The translations under genes and the position numbers were made by a program. The notes beneath the pieces are model-generated. The model worked only from the letters and a program-made list of their open reading frames with translations, did not search any database and was not told the DNA's origin. From Octopus sinensis (Eukaryota): a DNA stretch of 64,000 nt. Shown piece by piece: positions 1 to 13,599 of this stretch; position 1 is the stretch's first letter, and every line of letters begins with the position of its first letter. Location of the stretch: assembly GCF_006345805.1 (NCBI RefSeq), contig NC_042998.1:79732001-79796000 (forward strand), given 5' to 3'.

Positions 1-159
1 ATCCTTTGAGAGGCGAGGTGCATTGGAAGAGCTGGCCTTGTGCCAGGTGTGATGAGAGGTTAGAGTGTGATAGAGGACAGAAACAGGCGTCTTGCTTGAG
101 AGGAGATATATGGTTATCCAGTCGGAGGGAGAGAGCAAGAGATTGAGAGAGAGTGTGGA

Positions 160-355
160 AGAGATGTATGTGTTTGTCCCACTCCCACTGCTTAATAACC
201 AGTGTTGATTTGTTTATGTTCCCGTAACTTAATGGTCTTGTGAAAATAGATCAATAGAATGAGTACCAGCCTGGGGTCAGTTTGTTTGACTAAACTCTTC
301 ACAGTGATGCCCAAGCATGGCTGCAGTCTAGTGACTGAAACAAGTAAAGAATAAA
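160..355 (+). mobile_element. 3' half of tRNA-derived SINE family A
   Basis: Matches the 3' half of the full copies at 42116 and 43766 (…gatagaataagtac…catggctgcagtc…gactgaaacaagtaaaag). Confidence 0.75.
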
Positions 356-785
356 GGACTTGAAAAAGGGAAAGAGGGAGATAGAGAGAGGGGTTGAAAG
401 GGGTAGAGAGAAAGAAATTTATTAAACACTGATAAAGTTCAGTGCAGATGTCAACTTCAGCTTAATCCTTTCAGGGCGTTGTTGTTATTTATCCCCAGGT
501 CAAAAGTGTTCCATATATGACCATAGCATTTTCTTCATATCTTTAAATTACATTGTCCAATTTCTTCTTTCTTTTTTAAGACAATAAATTGTGATTTCAG
601 AGGGACATTACTATCATTTCTAGCAAGTTGTGAGACTCATACAGGCTTTCTTTTTGGCTGAGGGGTTATGCCAATACATAAGCACTAATATATATTATAT
701 CTCTACAGACTTCATTACTTTTTCTTTTCCTGACATTTATATTGTATCTGTTATAAAATTAATAATTTTTTCTCCTTATTACCAG

Positions 786-852
786 TATGCTGCTGTCAAA
801 GGAATTAGTCAAGTGGTATTCTCAAGAATTATAATGGCTGCACCATCAATGC
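786..852 (+). CDS. SFXN2: Sideroflexin-2-like gene, internal coding exon (YAAVKGISQVVFSRIIMAAPSM); upstream exons lie before the window
   Basis: ccag| acceptor at 785/786 and |gtaagt donor at 853; 67 nt, phase 0 to 1. The peptide resembles the sideroflexin QVVxSRIxMxxPxM segment. Confidence 0.92.
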
Positions 853-1004
853 GTAAGTATTTGTTTCACAGATAAACACAGAACAGAAGTTCTCTAGAGA
901 AGTTCCTTCATAATTCACCTGATATTAACTTCAAAATAAAAATATATATATATCAGAAAGTATTAAAGCCCATCTAATGTGGAATAATATTCATAGATTC
1001 TTTA

Positions 1005-1225
1005 AGGGGACAAGCTGGTAAAATTGTTAGCATGTTGGGCAAAATACTTAGCAGTATTTTGTCCATCTTTTCATACTGAGTTCAGATTCCGCTGAGGTTG
1101 ACTTTGCCTTTCATCCTTTCAAGGTCAATAAAATAAATACCAGCTGAGTACTGGGGTTGATGTAACTGACTTACCCTTCCCCCAAAATTGCTAGCCTTGT
1201 ACCAAAATTTGAAATCAACATTCAT
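1005..1225 (+). mobile_element. tRNA-derived SINE family B
   Basis: gagttcagattccgctgaggttgactttgcctttcatcctttc…accaaaatttgaaa; recurs many times in the window. Confidence 0.8.
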
Positions 1226-1464
1226 GGATCCTAAGGTTACTGAAAATTACAAATGATAAAGTTAGTATGATACTGATCTATCTGTTGAAGAGTCAGCGAT
1301 ATATAGGCTGACACCTATACTACTGCATATTCATGATAAAAACATGTGATACATCATAGAGAGGATGGATAAAGAATTTGGCATGGGTGAGACCCTGATA
1401 AATTTAAGCTTTCGATATGATCAACCACCAATATTTGGTGGTTGTCTTCACAGCAGTTAATTCT

Positions 1465-1700
1465 TATTTCTTTATTGCCCACAAGGGGCTAAACATAGAG
1501 GGAACAAACAAGGACAGACAAAGAGATTAAGTCGATTACATCGACTCCAGTGCATAACTGGTACTTAATTTATCGACCCCAGAAGGATGAAGGGCAAAGT
1601 TGACCTCAGTGGAATTTGAACTCAGAACATAATAGCAGATGAAATACCGCTTAGCAATTCACCTGGCATGCTAACGTTTCTACCAGCTCACCGCCTTCCA
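1465..1700 (-). mobile_element. SINE family B variant
   Basis: Reverse-complement copy sharing the ggatgaagggcaaagttgacctc…tttgaactcag core. Confidence 0.8.
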
Positions 1701-1999
1701 CAGCAGTTAATTCTATTCCCATTTCCAGGGACTGTGTTGCTGAAATGTACAGTAATATCTGCTTGGTGGTTAGAATGAATAGCTACCTAGTGGAGCTATT
1801 CAACATCATGTGTTCAATCCAAGTTGTCCTCTCTGGTCTCCTCTATATGTACTGACTTCTGAGCCACAGCTGTGAACTAGAGATATTGAAGAGCATTCCA
1901 TGTGAACTAGGATGTAGAAGATCCATATCAACATGTGTGTACAATGTCATCAATATGGTGCTGGACACCGAACATATCAAGGTTATCAATACGATTCTA

Positions 2000-2520
2000 T
2001 GAGATTACAAGGTGGTAGCAGGAGCGAAAATTAACTGAGGGAAGTTGGTGGGCCTGCATTTCAGTATCTGAAAAGGCGTGTCCATGCAGCCAAACAACAT
2101 TGTGGAGTGTTTGGAATGACGGACTAGTTAAATTGCTCAAGATCTAGCTCAGTCTAGATTTCCAAGTGGAGAAAAACATAATATAATGAGCTGGGTGACG
2201 AAGAGGAAGCTATCCTTGAAATATCTGACAGAGGTAGCAAACACCTCTATCACTTCCATCATTTATTACTGCCTGACCATCATGCGTTGCCCCAGTTCAC
2301 ATTTGACTGGACTGAAATGTTGGCTCTTTTGCTTTTTGTGGAAGGGACATGTTCTGTTGGTCAGGCATTCTATTTGCTGTCAACATCCACTGAGTGGAGG
2401 ACTAGTCATGCATAGCTGATGATACACGGGTATGCTTTGATGCAATGATGCCTCCAGAAATTCCTTAATGTTGAACAGATGTGATCGCCATTTGTCAGAT
2501 ATGGACATTAGAGCTGGAAC
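2000..2520 (+). mobile_element. Degenerate L1/Tx1-clade LINE fragment (post-RT region)
   Basis: ORF 2186-2419 RKLSLK…EVANT.I.SIIYY…FLWKG…VRHSICCQHPLSGGL resembles the Tx1-like 'LSLKGR…FLW…GGLG' segment. Confidence 0.65.
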
Positions 2521-3658
2521 ATACAGCTTGAATAAGTAAAACTGAATATATACTTTCACAAATTGAATTATTTTATACTGAACAGTATTTTTGGAACTTG
2601 GTAAGAACGTTCAATTTGAATCTATTCTTAAAAACAAAAGACAACATGCAATTCAATAGTCTTAGACATGCAATATTTCTTTGTAAAACTTTATTCAATT
2701 TGATGTATAAGGCAGACTAATTAGAGCATCAAATAGATTACTTTGTAGTAATCATTCTGATCTCAACCCTGACAAGGCCAGCTTTGCTTTTCATCCTTTT
2801 ATAATTGATAAATAATGAACCAGTCCTGGACTGGGGGGTGATTCTTCTCTTTCCCTCACTCATTTTTTTTCTATCTACCAGTCTTTCTCTGTGCAAGAAA
2901 TTGGCTGTGGTCAGATCTGGAGAAAGAATGGCTCTGTCAGGTCTAAATAGTACCCAAGACATATCGTATATCATGACAACAACCATACGACCTCATCAAA
3001 GAGTTGAAAGCCAAAGGCTAGGCAAGGCAAATTTATAATTTCTGGCTATTCTTGCTTTGAAGTTACAATGTCCTCACTTAGAATTACAAATATTGTAGTG
3101 ATGTAAATGCTAACATAGTTAAAGTAGTGAGCATGATAATTTTAATTAACTAAGACTCTACATGCCAAACAAAAACAAGGATGACAACTCAAAATAGACA
3201 TAAAAATTCCTTTTTGAAACAAGATAATGCACCAAATTAGTAACTAGCTAAAATAAATAACGTGGTGAAGGAAAGGAGAGTCTAGTTTGTGGTTGATATT
3301 GTTACCTCTCTGGACATGTTTCACACTTATTAGACCTCCTCAGTGAAACATAAACATACATGTGTCTGCTAAATCAATGGAGATAGAAATATTTATACAT
3401 ATACAAAGATGTGGACAGGATAGCTTGAATGTTGTTGTTTGGCTCCAGATCAATGCTAATTAAGCAGTAAAAAAAAAGGACAGCAATGAAAGCCAAAAGT
3501 ACATGATGGAATAGTCACTGCTTGAATGCTTTTGATCATAGGTTTGCTTAAATGAAAACGACAGACTAGTTACTCTATAGTAACCTAGTTTGATAGCATA
3601 AATCTGCTGAAGCACTCAACCTGTGATAAAATATATTTCTCTTTTTACTTTATTCCAG

Positions 3659-3758
3659 TTCTCCTACCAGTATTATTCCAACATCTGGAAAAATACCGTT
3701 GGATGCAGCGTTTCAAAATACTCAATGCGCCACTCCAAGTCTTGGCTTCTGGAGCCTT
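3659..3758 (+). CDS. SFXN2: Sideroflexin-2-like exon (LLLPVLFQHLEKYRWMQRFKILNAPLQVLASGA)
   Basis: ttccag| acceptor, |gtaagt donor; 100 nt, frame-compatible with both neighbours. Resembles SFXN2 LLPVIMERLEK...LHAPLQV. Confidence 0.92.
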
Positions 3759-4399
3759 GTAAGTAATTCTTTTGTAAATTCTTCATTACTTTTCAATTTT
3801 TTTTGCTGTAAAGAAAATTTAGTTAGTTTTCCTTTCAGAATCTCTCAAAGTTCTTTATAAAAAATTCATTTTACTAAAAAGAGGAAATGAAGAATATTGC
3901 AATTTCCAATCCCAAGTTTACCAGTTTACAACAAAGAATATATCTTCTTTTATTGTTTGAAGGGACCAGGTGTGTGTGTTGTGTATTTAACCATTTAAAT
4001 TCTTCCTCTGAAGAAGGAGCTAGTTTCTAACAAAGATACAGAGCTCCATCTTGGAATGTAAATAACAAAAACAATGTCACATTTTAAACCTGAGAAAAGT
4101 CTTGCACAGTTTTACTGTTCCAATATAGATTGGATTTGTAAGATGTGATGTATGTATGTATGTGTGTGTGTGTATGTATGTATGCATGCATGTAAATACA
4201 CTCAGTCACACATGCAAACTCACACACACTCATATACGTGTGTGTGCACATGCACGCGCACACACACACACACAGAGGTTTGATAGTACAAACAGGGTAA
4301 ATAGGATTCAAAATATGGGTGTATATATATATATAATACATATATTGATGGAAGTTGTAAAGTGACTCAAAGGCCCAGAGTTTTGTGCATGGTGCTTAT

Positions 4400-4430
<31 letters not shown>

Positions 4431-4474
4431 GTATGTATCCTTGGGAAAATTTTGAACATCTCAGTATCTCGTCC

Positions 4475-4882
4475 CTTTTTATTCTTTTACATGTTTCTGT
4501 CATTTGACTGCAGCCGTGCTGGGGCACTGCCTTAAAGAGTTTTAGTCAGGGAATTCAACCCCAGGACTTATTCTTTGTAAGCCTTGTAATTATTCTATTG
4601 GTCTCTTTAGCTGGACTGCTAAGCTACAGGGACATAAACACACCAACATTGGTTGTCAACTGATGGTAGGCAGAAAAACAAAGACACATACACATAAATA
4701 TATACAATATATATATATGTATACAGCGGGCTTCTTTCAGTTTCTGTCTACCAAATCCACTCACAAGGCTTTGGTCAGCCTGAGACTATAGCAGAAGACA
4801 CTTGCCCAAAGTGCCACACAGTGGGGCTGAACCCTGGACCATGTTGGTAAGCAAGCTTCTTACCTCACAGCCATGCCTGCAC
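4475..4882 (-). mobile_element. SINE family A, diverged full-length copy
   Basis: Reverse complement of the 43766-44172 copy along its whole length. Confidence 0.85.
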
Positions 4883-4968
4883 CCTTCCTTCACTTACAAA
4901 AAGATGTTTTTGAAGAATATATGCTTATTGTAATAAATCATTATTGTTTGAAAATGTTTCCATTGTAG

Positions 4969-5016
4969 ATTACTTGTGATGACGCCAACAGCCTGTGCAC
5001 TCTTTCCCCAGAGATG
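4969..5016 (+). CDS. SFXN2: Sideroflexin-2-like exon (LLLVMTPTACALFPQR)
   Basis: ttgtag| acceptor, |gtaaga donor; 48 nt; contains the conserved PxACALFPQ motif. Confidence 0.92.
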
Positions 5017-5189
5017 GTAAGACATTTATATTTTTAGAATTGGTTAACTATTAAAATTAACAAGGTACAAGTTATAGTGTTATTGTTATTTAGTCCTGGT
5101 CAGGCCTGATTGAACAAATCTATAATCAAAGACATTCCAGTCATGACCATCCCATCTAGGGCTACATTATCCAATGTGTTCTTTCTTAA

Positions 5190-5408
5190 CCCTTTAAATT
5201 CAGATTACTCTATCAAATGTAATGCTTATTTATTCACATTGTTTTCAGTTAATCATGTATTATCTTGTAGCTTTGAGATTTCAATGATGTCATTGTATAT
5301 TTTCAGAATGACATTGTAGACTAGGTGTGAGAGGCCAGATTCGACTGTGATCAGCATAAAACAAGTTGAATACTTGGACTTGATATGGCCAGATTAAATG
5401 CTAAAGGA
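5190..5408. mobile_element. piggyBac-like MITE (TTAA|CCCTTTA…TAAAGG); second copy at 10012-10214
   Basis: TTAA at 5186-5189, then ccctttaaattc; ends aaatgctaaagga. The internal sequence matches 10012-10214, which ends ctaaaggg|ttaa. Confidence 0.6.
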
Positions 5409-5653
5409 TTATGAAAGTAGGGCTTCATTTGTAGTAGATTTGGCTGCTATTACTAGCTGATCGAACCAATGCTTAGAGGTTCTTTATCAGCTTGTAGACA
5501 GCAGTGCTGTTATAGATTAGCCATAGGTCTACTCTGATTAAGTTGACCTATTATCAAGGGCATTCCAACCTTGACCAGCCAGTCTTTTTACCAGATAGTG
5601 TATTGAGGAATGCATTATCCAGTTTGTCTTTGTGCTGTCAAGTTCCTGATGCA

Positions 5654-5889
5654 GTTAAGTTAAGTTAGTTAAGTTAAGTTAATTTTTTTGGCTCAAAAAG
5701 CAAAAAGCAAGGCCATGTAGGGGGACATGGAGTTATGTACAGGGTGGTGTTCATGCAAAGAGTTCAGGCCATTTCTGGTCAAGAGAGACCTTGAACCGAG
5801 CGGTCGTCGGCATCTTTACTAGCTCGTCCGGCAGCTTATTCCACGGATCCACAACCCGGATAGAGAAAGCCCCTCTCCTTCAATTGAGA
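5654..5889 (-). mobile_element. CR1-clade LINE 3' end with (TTAAC)n tail
   Basis: Minus strand encodes RRGAFSIRVVDPWNKLPDELVKMPTTARFKVSLDQKWPELFA*, then a short 3' UTR and a TTAAC repeat tail. Confidence 0.85.
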
Positions 5890-6378
5890 TGATATTGTCT
5901 CAGACTGGGATGCTATTGTGACATATAGAATGTCTTGGGCATTTAAATCAGATAGAGTCCATCCTTCACCTGTTCTGATTGTAGCTGATTTCTTCTAGGG
6001 AGAAAGAGGAACAAAGATTGAGTGAAGATAGAGACAAGGAAAAACAAAAAAACCGATCACATTACTGGAGTGATATTTTATTTATCAACCCTGAAAAGAT
6101 GAAGGGCAGAGTTAACCTGAACAAGATTCGAACTCTGAGCACAACGTACTCTATCCAAGCTGTTAGAATACTGATTTGACACCTATAATGTGTGTGTGTG
6201 CACATGCATGTACATGTACGCATGTGTATGTATATATATGTATATATATATTAGGATAAAACTTACTTGGAAAAGGATGTGTGGCGTTTGATCATATAAT
6301 AATAATAGTAATATATATATATATATATATACACACATACACATATATATTTGTATGTGTGTATAGTGTGCATGTATT

Positions 6379-6410
<32 letters not shown>

Positions 6411-7808
6411 GTGTGCATGTATTTGCATATACATATATATGTAAACATATAAGTGTATATATTTTTTTTTCTTAGGTGTAGGTAACTGTAAGAAAGGATG
6501 TAACTCAAGATAAAATGTAGCCATACAATAAATAGTGATCGATAAAATGAGTACCAGGATCAATATAATTAACTATAACCCCTGATAGTATGCTCCAATA
6601 TGATTACAGTCCAACTACTGAAATCAGCAATAGAATATTGCTGCTTCATTTAGAATAAATTCTTCCTTATTCAGGCTGTGGTTGACAGTTTTTATAACTG
6701 ATGGAGCAGGACAACACAGAAACTCATGCATTCTACAATCCAATGACATCATCCACAACCCAAAACATGTTTTCCCACATGGTTTAGTGGGGAATATTTT
6801 CATGAAATAATCTCCATATTGAGAGGTCTTACCATGTCCTAATACACTTGAGGTGCTAAATATGACTTTACTTGAATATATTTATGGACATTAAACAACA
6901 ATGATATATATATATATTATCATTGTTGTTTAATGCCAACATTTTCTATGCTGGCATGAGTTGGATGGTTTAACAGGGGCTGGTGAGCCAGAGGACTGCA
7001 CCAAACTCCAATGTCAGCTTTGGTATGGTTTTTTTGGCTAGACGCCCTTCCGAACACCAAGCACTTTGCAGAGTGTACTGGGTGCTATTTTGTGTGGGGC
7101 TAGTGTAAGTAATGTCACTGAGTAATTCACAAGATAAGATCCCTTATCTGAGTGGGTGTAGTTTTTAGGGAGGTGGCTTTATGCCAAGTGATGAAAAGCT
7201 AGAGAATGATAGAAGGATAGAAACATGTCTTGCAGTTGAGATACATGGTTACCCTACATAGAAAAGTAGAGAAGGTGCAAATGTGACATGGTGTACCCTT
7301 AAGTTACAGTAAAGTGAACATTAGAGAAATGGCTCAGAGGACTGGACAGGCTGGATGGGTTGGCAAGATTGTAAAAGTGTGAAAGGAGAGTGTCTGATAG
7401 ATAGAGATGGAGATAGAGGTGAATGCAGTAAAGGGGTGTGAGGGTACTTGTGTATGTGTGTGAGAGAGGAAGATTATATTAAAATCCTGTTTATGTGATT
7501 GTGTGTTACTGATAGTTTTCTGGAAATTGTATTTCTAATATTGTTATAGGTAGGGATGGTCATCTTCTGCAAAAGATGACTATCCTTAAGTTTCATCACA
7601 TATTTTCACATCAAGAATCTTGCAAAATAAATACATAAATGTATTTCTAATGATAAATAAAATTTTAATTTTTAATTGTTTGATAGTTTTGTGAATGGCA
7701 TTTGATAATTTTATAATGTTTTTATAACTATTTTATAATGTTTGATTGTTTTACTTGTTTGTTTCATTTTTATTATAATCTTACATAAAATCAATTTCGC
7801 TTTTATAG

Positions 7809-7923
7809 TTCTATACTCACTTCTAAGTTGTCTCTACTTGACAAGAAAAATCTTGAAGAACTGAAAGAGAAATATGGTGCCAACAACATTCCTGAGAGAG
7901 TGTACTTCAACAAAGGCCTTTAA
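7809..7923 (+). CDS. SFXN2: Sideroflexin-2-like terminal coding exon (CSILTSKLSLLDKKNLEELKEKYGANNIPERVYFNKGL*)
   Basis: tttatag| acceptor; ends in the family-diagnostic YFNKGL; TAA at 7921-7923, followed by an AT-rich 3' UTR. The SFXN2 subfamily call comes from recalled similarity. Confidence 0.92.
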
Positions 7924-8859
7924 ATTATTGAAAATTCCAGCTCTAACTGCCATTAAATAATTTAATCAATACTTTGTATATATATAAATTTATAGGAAGA
8001 AAAAATATAATAGAAAGTAAATGGTATAGTTAATATGCATATTGATTGTTTAGGTATACGTGTCATGCATTAGTATGGCATAGTTTAGATTAATATTAAA
8101 TCAGTAATTATATTATGTAATTAATATTATATATATATTGTTTTTACATGAATCTTTGATACCTAAAACTTCGACCCATGTAACTTCCTCCCTAATCTTA
8201 GTTTCCTTACAAATATAAATGTCAAGAAGGTCAAACTGAACTTGACCTTCATTGACCAGTCTACAAAGATTACAAGTGGATAGCATCTTCTCAGGATAGA
8301 TACTGATTTCTAACACAGGCAGAAGGTCACACATTTTGGTGCCATTGGGGAACAATCAACTATATTAACTCCAGTATTTGACTGGCATTTATTTTATCAA
8401 TTGTGTGGGGAAAATGAAGCACAAGGTCAATCCCATTAGGATTTGACCTCAGTTTAAGAAGAACATAACTAAATGCTGCAAGGTAGTTTAGCCTTCATTC
8501 TAATGATTCTGCCTTTTCACTGCTCTTCTTCGAATCAAATATTTAAGACAGCAAAAAAAATTTTTTGGAGGTGTATTTGCCAGGCCTGTGATTTGATCTG
8601 AGGTCATGTGTTGAAATTAAAACAGTTACAGCATGGAAGACACATATTAACCATTCAAAAACACACAATGACTTCACTTAAATATTTAATATTTGGTGTC
8701 AAAACTTTTGTCACACTAATTGTGACCTGGTCACTGACACAGTTCTACTACATCTGGTTTGTGGTGAGCTTGTTGGTTAATAGATATAAATTCCAAGGTT
8801 ATACAATTTTAAAAAAATCTTTTTAATTGCTGTCCTTGTGCCCAAATTTGAAATAATTA

Positions 8860-9240
8860 TTGAGCTGGCAGAATCATTAGCATATCAGTGAAAATGCTTA
8901 GCAGTAGTTTTCTGGCTGTCTACATTCTGAGTTCAAATTCCAGTGGGATCAACTTTGCCTTTCATCCTTCCCAGGTTGATAAAATAAATACTAGTTGAGC
9001 ACTGAGGTTGATGTTATCAACTAACATCCCCTCTACTAAAATTACTGGCCTTGTGCCAGAATTTGAAACCATTATTATTCCAGTGAAAGAGAGTGACTAA
9101 TTCATAGAGTTGGTAGAAAATATTTTTGAGTTCAAATCCCTGCAAGGTCAGTTTTGCCTTTCATTCTTCTAGAATAGGTATCAATAAAATGAAGTACCTT
9201 CCCCAAAATGTATTGCTTTGTGCTAAAGTTAAAATTCCTT
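8860..9240 (+). mobile_element. Two adjacent SINE family B copies
   Basis: ctgagttcaaattc…actttgccttccatcc core present twice. Confidence 0.75.
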
Positions 9241-9459
9241 GTTTCATTAGAATATGAAGACTGCATGTGAAACCTAATGAATAAGAGTGTTATATCACTG
9301 TTAAATGTTTTGAATGCATATCTAGTCCAGTGCTGTTTACGTATGTAGGAATAAGAAACCTGATGATGATCAGAGATCAAACTGGTTGAATTGTAGTATA
9401 GATGTAAATATTGCAAACGTTTCTTCTTTAAAGATGAGAAAACTCATGAACTTCATCTG

Positions 9460-9900
9460 AACACCTTGCTTCCCTGAAGCTCCAACATCTGGCAACTGAC
9501 TTGTTAAACATCCACAAAATTATTAACCATTCTGCCAACAACCAACTTGAGCACCTTTTTGAGCTCCATGTGTCTAACACACATGGGCATACCTACAAAG
9601 TCAGAAAACAGCACAGCTCCCATGACTCTCTGAAACATTTTTTCACACTCAGAGTTGCTGAAGCATGGAACAAACTACCTGCATCAGTAGTTAGTTGCCA
9701 AGACATTGCATCCTTTAAAACTTCCATGCTTCTTGAAATTTGCCAACACTACACCTGATATCCCCTGCTCCATATGCATGCACACATGTATATCATGATT
9801 CATACACTGTTCACTTTCCTGACTTTTGTACATAACTCTGTGTACTTCACATGAATATTTGATGAGTTGTAGTGCACCTGAGCAATATGCACAATAATTT
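9460..9900 (+). mobile_element. CR1-clade LINE 3' fragment
   Basis: ORF 9501-9758 THGHTYKVRKQ…HFFTLRVAEAWNKLPASVV…FK is the CR1 C-terminal signature. Confidence 0.85.
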
Positions 9901-10739
9901 CATTATTATATAATCATAGTAATAACTCATTTCGAACATTTAGACATTTAACCACCTATGACACTTCCTTTACAAAATGTCTTGTCTCTAGCTAAGAATT
10001 AACTAGATTCAGCCTTCAGCATCCATTTTACTCTGTCAAATGAGATATTTATTCACATTGTTTCAAATAAATCTTTCATTATTTCATAGCTTTGAGATTT
10101 TGATGATGTGATTGTTTATTTCTAAAATGACATTGCAGAGTAGGTGTGTGAGATGTTGGATTTGGCTAGTTTGAACATTTTGGGCCAGATATAGCTAGTT
10201 GAAATTCTAAAGGGTTAATGAGTGGCAAATGTCTCATTAAGGTGTCTATTTTAAATCTGTTTTAAACTGAGTGTGGTAGAAACAAAGAATGAAATGAGAG
10301 GATTGCTACTGAAAGTTATTTCCTCATTGAAAGATGTTTTGAGGTTCACACTGTTTAGTTGTAAAGATTCACTGAGTGACAACTTCAGATTTACAGTTGT
10401 CACTCACAGCTGAATTAAAATTTTTTTTTTACTCAGGTGTCATTTAGGATGTTCTGAGTAACTGCTTTATAAACATTTAGTGGCCAATTATGTCCTTGTA
10501 ACAATGTTTTCTGAGCAGAACATGAATGCAAGCAACAATAACAATAAACTCAATAAGCCATTGCATTGTACCTTCATGTAGGGGATATAATTCTGATTCT
10601 TCTTGTTTGCTTCACTGGTGGAAACTAATTCCACTTCACTCCACATCTAAGTTGTTAGTGGTGGAAAGAGTATCCAGCTGTTAGAAAACATTTGCTTCAT
10701 TAAAAACCATCTTAACTATGGGAAAACGATGTAAAACTG

Positions 10740-10780
<41 letters not shown>

Positions 10781-12789
10781 CACACAACATCAAACATTTA
10801 CTAATGAAAGGACTTGATGTATTATGTAAGGGTTGGCTGTGACTTCAAGTTGCACCTTTTGAAGCTTATTCAAACAGATAATTTGAATGAACCTTGAGAT
10901 TGAAACTTGATATCACAGTTAATGTTTATACATGGTCATATAAGGCTACTGAATGAATGAATGAATGAATCATTGAATCAAGAAGAGAAAACGATAGTTT
11001 CTTGAGAGATCATTTCTTAGAGATCTGCTAGAAACCAGTTGTTTTCTAGTATCATAAAAAAAATGTTGTTAAATTTGCAGGCAATCATGCAATCAATATT
11101 AGCAACAGAAGATCAATACTCTTGTTGCTGCTGATTAGTCTTCAAAATTAACAAGATTGGTAATCCTTAGAAATTTCTTATTTCTTTTAAAAAAAAAAAA
11201 CAGTATAGTTTTTGTTTGCGTTTCTCTCAGTTGTTTTCTCTAAGAGAGATACACAGTGCAGCTATATTTTTTTAAAATGAAATTTGAGGTAACTCTATGG
11301 ATGGAAAAAAACAATATTTTTTTACTCCTAAACTCTTTGATACCTCTGGCACTAGTTAGTACAGCAGTAAAGATTCACTGGATGACATCTTAAGATTTGC
11401 ACTGTTGTCACTCATGGTTGAGTGATTTCTTGAGGAGATATTTATTTAATTGCCTGTATGTTATGAGAGGATTTGAATTCTGCTAGTCACACTCTTCAGC
11501 AGTGGGCTGTTCTTTCCAATAATGCTTATTTTATAAAAAGAGGCATTGGGACATCGAGAGTTAAGTGTTTGCCAGTATGTATAGCTTGGCATTAATGAAG
11601 ATATACTAATCACCAACCACTTGTGTATTCCAGGAGAATGGGGCATTGTGAGTTAAGTGTTTTCCAAGACATAGCTAATGAGGGTAAAATAACCACCAAC
11701 AACTTATGTAGCTGTGTTATTAAAATCCTGTGCCATTTCTGAAATAATTGTAACATGAAACAAACATAAAAAACTTTTATAAATATTTACTAAAGCTTAC
11801 CACTTCCAATTAACAGTATGGTTATATTAAACACTGAATTTGTTGTAATTTTATGTATTGGCTCTAAATTCAACAATTGTCAATGGAAGAGGGTAGAGAG
11901 TTGTTCTGTTGCCATAAATAACTTGCCAAACCACCAAATTTAGTTTGGAAGCATATAAAATAACTACACAAAAAGAAATTGCTAAGCTAATGGTTTCTGA
12001 ATCTTTTGTTAATATCTGTGAGACAGTTGTTATGAGTGTTTTGTCTTACAGACTAAGAAATCATGTCATAGAAATTATAAAAATTCCATTACTGTATTGT
12101 TATAACAAAGCATAAGGTCAATTTTTTTACAGAGGAGTAATAATCACTTGAATTAGCCTCCAGAAAATTGATCCAAGAAGTCTATTTTCAATGCTTTATT
12201 CAGGAAAAGTGACTGTCAATATACTTCAATTATTGCTAACTCACAAGGCATTTTCTAACACCACAGCCTAGTGGATCTGTCAATTTGTTTATTTTTAAAA
12301 ATTCTTCTGTTTGGTTCATTAAATACGGCATCTCTGTTATTGGTTGTACAGTATCATTATTTATCAAAGTTGTTTTCCGAACGTTTTATTGGTCAAATTT
12401 TATTTACCATTCGCAATATATTGTTTATACCATCCACCTATACTATCATAATAGTTATTTGGTTCAAAATGAATATGTGTAAATTAAAAGATGAGAAAAA
12501 TATTGTAATTGACAGATATTATCTAATATTTGGAAATACTGTCCATATAAAAGTTTAGTGCTTGTTGAATACAGAAAAATATGCCTGAATAGATTTAATT
12601 AAAATAAATTCCAGTTTATTCATATTCACGTTGTATGTTCAAAGGTAGAATTAAATCATTATAATATTTTAGCAAACTTCCTTGAATGCTGATTCCTGAT
12701 TTTAGTAATTTTATGGTACAAATATTTTAAAGATTGCCTTGAGCTATAAGATTTGTGAAAAACTCTATGTTCTGTATGTATATATATAC

Positions 12790-12848
<59 letters not shown>

Positions 12849-13599
12849 ACTGTAGTCTTAATGAAGATGTATTTTCTAACATATCCAATTTATTCCAAAT
12901 CATAAGGCAGCTATGGAAATGTGAGATTGTGTTACTACAAAACATCCCTATAAACCCTTTTGATGTACAATTGCTGTTATTATTTTTCTAATGTTAAAAA
13001 GCTAAAATTCAGTGACAATTTTATTGCTTTTTTTTCTTTCTTTTTTTTTATAAAAAGGATTTATTCAATGATTAACACCTATACAAATTATTCTCGTAGT
13101 AATTTTGATCCGAGGAGGGAAATATACTAGGTAAAAAAAAAACTGTAAAACAAAACATCGGCTTTTCTAAATTTAATATATTCGGTTCATGTTCACCATA
13201 AGAACTATTTTATGAGAAATATCATTGCATATTGTATCGACGTTATAATCATGACTAACTTTGTGAAGATCCATTTCTTTTTAAAATGATTTTTATAAAA
13301 ACAAATTTTACATCTAATATTAAAGAAGTATTCAGATACTTATTTTTCTAAGGGACATAAGTTGAAGGGCTTGATTTTTTTAATGAAAATTATAATCATG
13401 ACAACTTCAGGTGAGACACTGTTATCTACACACACACATATTAGACAACAGTGTGTATCAGGATGTACTTTATTTTTAGTATATCCAGGTGATTCCCAAA
13501 TCATAAGGCAGCTATGAAACAGTATCATCACAATTCAGGAAAATTTGTTGCAGCTATTACATATTGTTTACTAAATGATCATCCTCATCATCATCATTA

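Noticed and set aside
9355-9390. CTGATGA-t-GATC-aga-GATC-AAAC, a possible decayed hammerhead
   Set aside because: The essential G of GAAA is missing and no helix I can be formed; too degenerate to claim.
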